Source: Syntrophomonadaceae bacterium
GTDB taxonomy: Bacteria > Bacillota > Dethiobacteria > DTU022
Length of the DNA stretch: 64,000 nucleotides
Assembly (NCBI GenBank): GCA_003567725.1
Contig: PWYU01000088.1
Coordinates: 551 to 64,550, forward strand
Direction of reading: 5' to 3'
The notes under the pieces are model-generated. The model did no database searches. It worked only from the letters and a program-made list of their open reading frames with translations, and was not told where the DNA came from. Shown one piece after another: positions 63,292 through 64,000 of the stretch; position 1 is the stretch's first letter; the number at the start of each line of letters is the position of its first letter. The position numbers were made by a program, and so were the translations under genes.

Positions 63292-64000
63292 TTACATGGT
63301 ATGCATGTTGCTCAGAAACTCTTCGTTGGAATCAGTTTTCCTGAGGCGATCCATTAGTTTTTCTAAAAACTCAATACTGGTACTGCTACCCATGGCCCTG
63401 CGTAAAGCCCACATTAGCTCAATTTTATGCTCATTAAGCAGCAGCTCTTCTCGACGGGTTCCAGATCGGGAGATGTCGATAGCGGGAAAGATCCGGCGAT
63501 CAGCTATGCGGCGATCAAGGTGGAGCTCCATGTTACCGGTTCCTTTAAATTCTTCATAAACCACATCATCCATCCTGCTTCCTGTATCCACAATCGCTGT
63601 GGCTAAAACGGTCAGGCTCCCTCCCTTATCTATATTTCTGGCAGCGCCAAAAAAGCGCTTGGGTTTGTAAAAAGCACTGGGATCAATACCCCCTGAAAGG
63701 GTCCTGCCACTGGGGGGGATAACCAGGTTATACGCACGAGTAAGCCTGGTAATACTGTCAATCAAAACTGCTACATTCCGGCCTTGTTCAACCAGGCGCT
63801 GAGAACGCTCAAGAACCAGTTCAGCCAGGCGGATATGGTTCTCCGGCTTTTGATCAAAAGTAGAACTCACTACATCGGCATTTACACTGCGCTCCATATC
63901 AGTGACCTCTTCTGGGCGCTCATCAATCAGAAGAATAATTAATTTAATATCTGGATGGTTATACGAAATACTATTGGCAAGCTGCTTTAAAAGCATTGTT
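63292..64000 (-). CDS. rho: Transcription termination factor Rho, C-terminal ATPase portion; the gene's 5' part lies beyond the right edge.
   Basis: RecA-like core: Walker [12 protein letters not shown]-loop/R-loop region ([43 protein letters not shown]), and the end ...FLSNMHTM. The reading frame is open to the window edge. Confidence 0.9.
   Translation of the reverse strand, partial: TMLLKQLANSISYNHPDIKLIILLIDERPEEVTDMERSVNADVVSSTFDQKPENHIRLAELVLERSQRLVEQGRNVAVLIDSITRLTRAYNLVIPPSGRTLSGGIDPSAFYKPKRFFGAARNIDKGGSLTVLATAIVDTGSRMDDVVYEEFKGTGNMELHLDRRIADRRIFPAIDISRSGTRREELLLNEHKIELMWALRRAMGSSTSIEFLEKLMDRLRKTDSNEEFLSNMHTM

Overview
The window is a 64-kb, gene-dense chromosomal segment from what looks like a low-GC, anaerobic Firmicute. 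Most genes are on the minus strand and gene order mirrors Bacillus subtilis in two stretches. Both the species guess and the guess of halophily (from the very acidic proteins) are inferences.

Main contents:
- Housekeeping genes with B. subtilis-like order: uvrB, a MinJ-like PDZ membrane protein, a CtpB-like S41 peptidase, an EnvC-like M23 peptidase, ftsX/ftsE, prfB with its programmed +1 frameshift, secA, hpf, comFC, a RecD2-like helicase, and metK preceded by a SAM-I riboswitch. At the right end: a partial rho, rpmE, a DUF1385 protein, prfA, prmC, tsaC/sua5, a low-molecular-weight phosphatase, rpiB and dCMP deaminase.
- A complete nine-gene V/A-type ATPase operon sits where Bacillus has its F-ATPase.
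- A central, more accessory stretch (about 19.9-37.7 kb) holds fabZ, a phosphoribosyltransferase, a CooC-like nickel-insertion ATPase, a CoxD/CoxE-like MoxR-VWA pair, an MBL hydrolase, a predicted amino-acid racemase, a GAF histidine kinase, an NtrC-type regulator with a degenerate AAA+ domain, gdhA, and a 991-aa REC-REC-PPDK_N protein.
- A 2.9-kb segment is bounded by tRNA-Thr(CGU) and a diverged 49-nt copy of that tRNA's 3' end. It carries gene debris and a C_GCAxxG_C_C redox-protein gene whose first conserved Cys codon is an in-frame TGA followed by a hairpin, which makes it a candidate selenoprotein.
- A methanogen-type sulfide-dependent homocysteine synthesis trio (COG1900/DUF39, NIL-ferredoxin, COG2122) lies next to a cupin-type phosphoglucose isomerase and gap.

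The most unusual signal is a roughly 110-125-nt structured element present in three copies (8.7, 21.9 and 26.5 kb). It has three conserved hairpins plus a closing stem with a compensatory A-U to G-C change, and matches no family I can name. No CRISPR arrays, integrases or transposases were seen.
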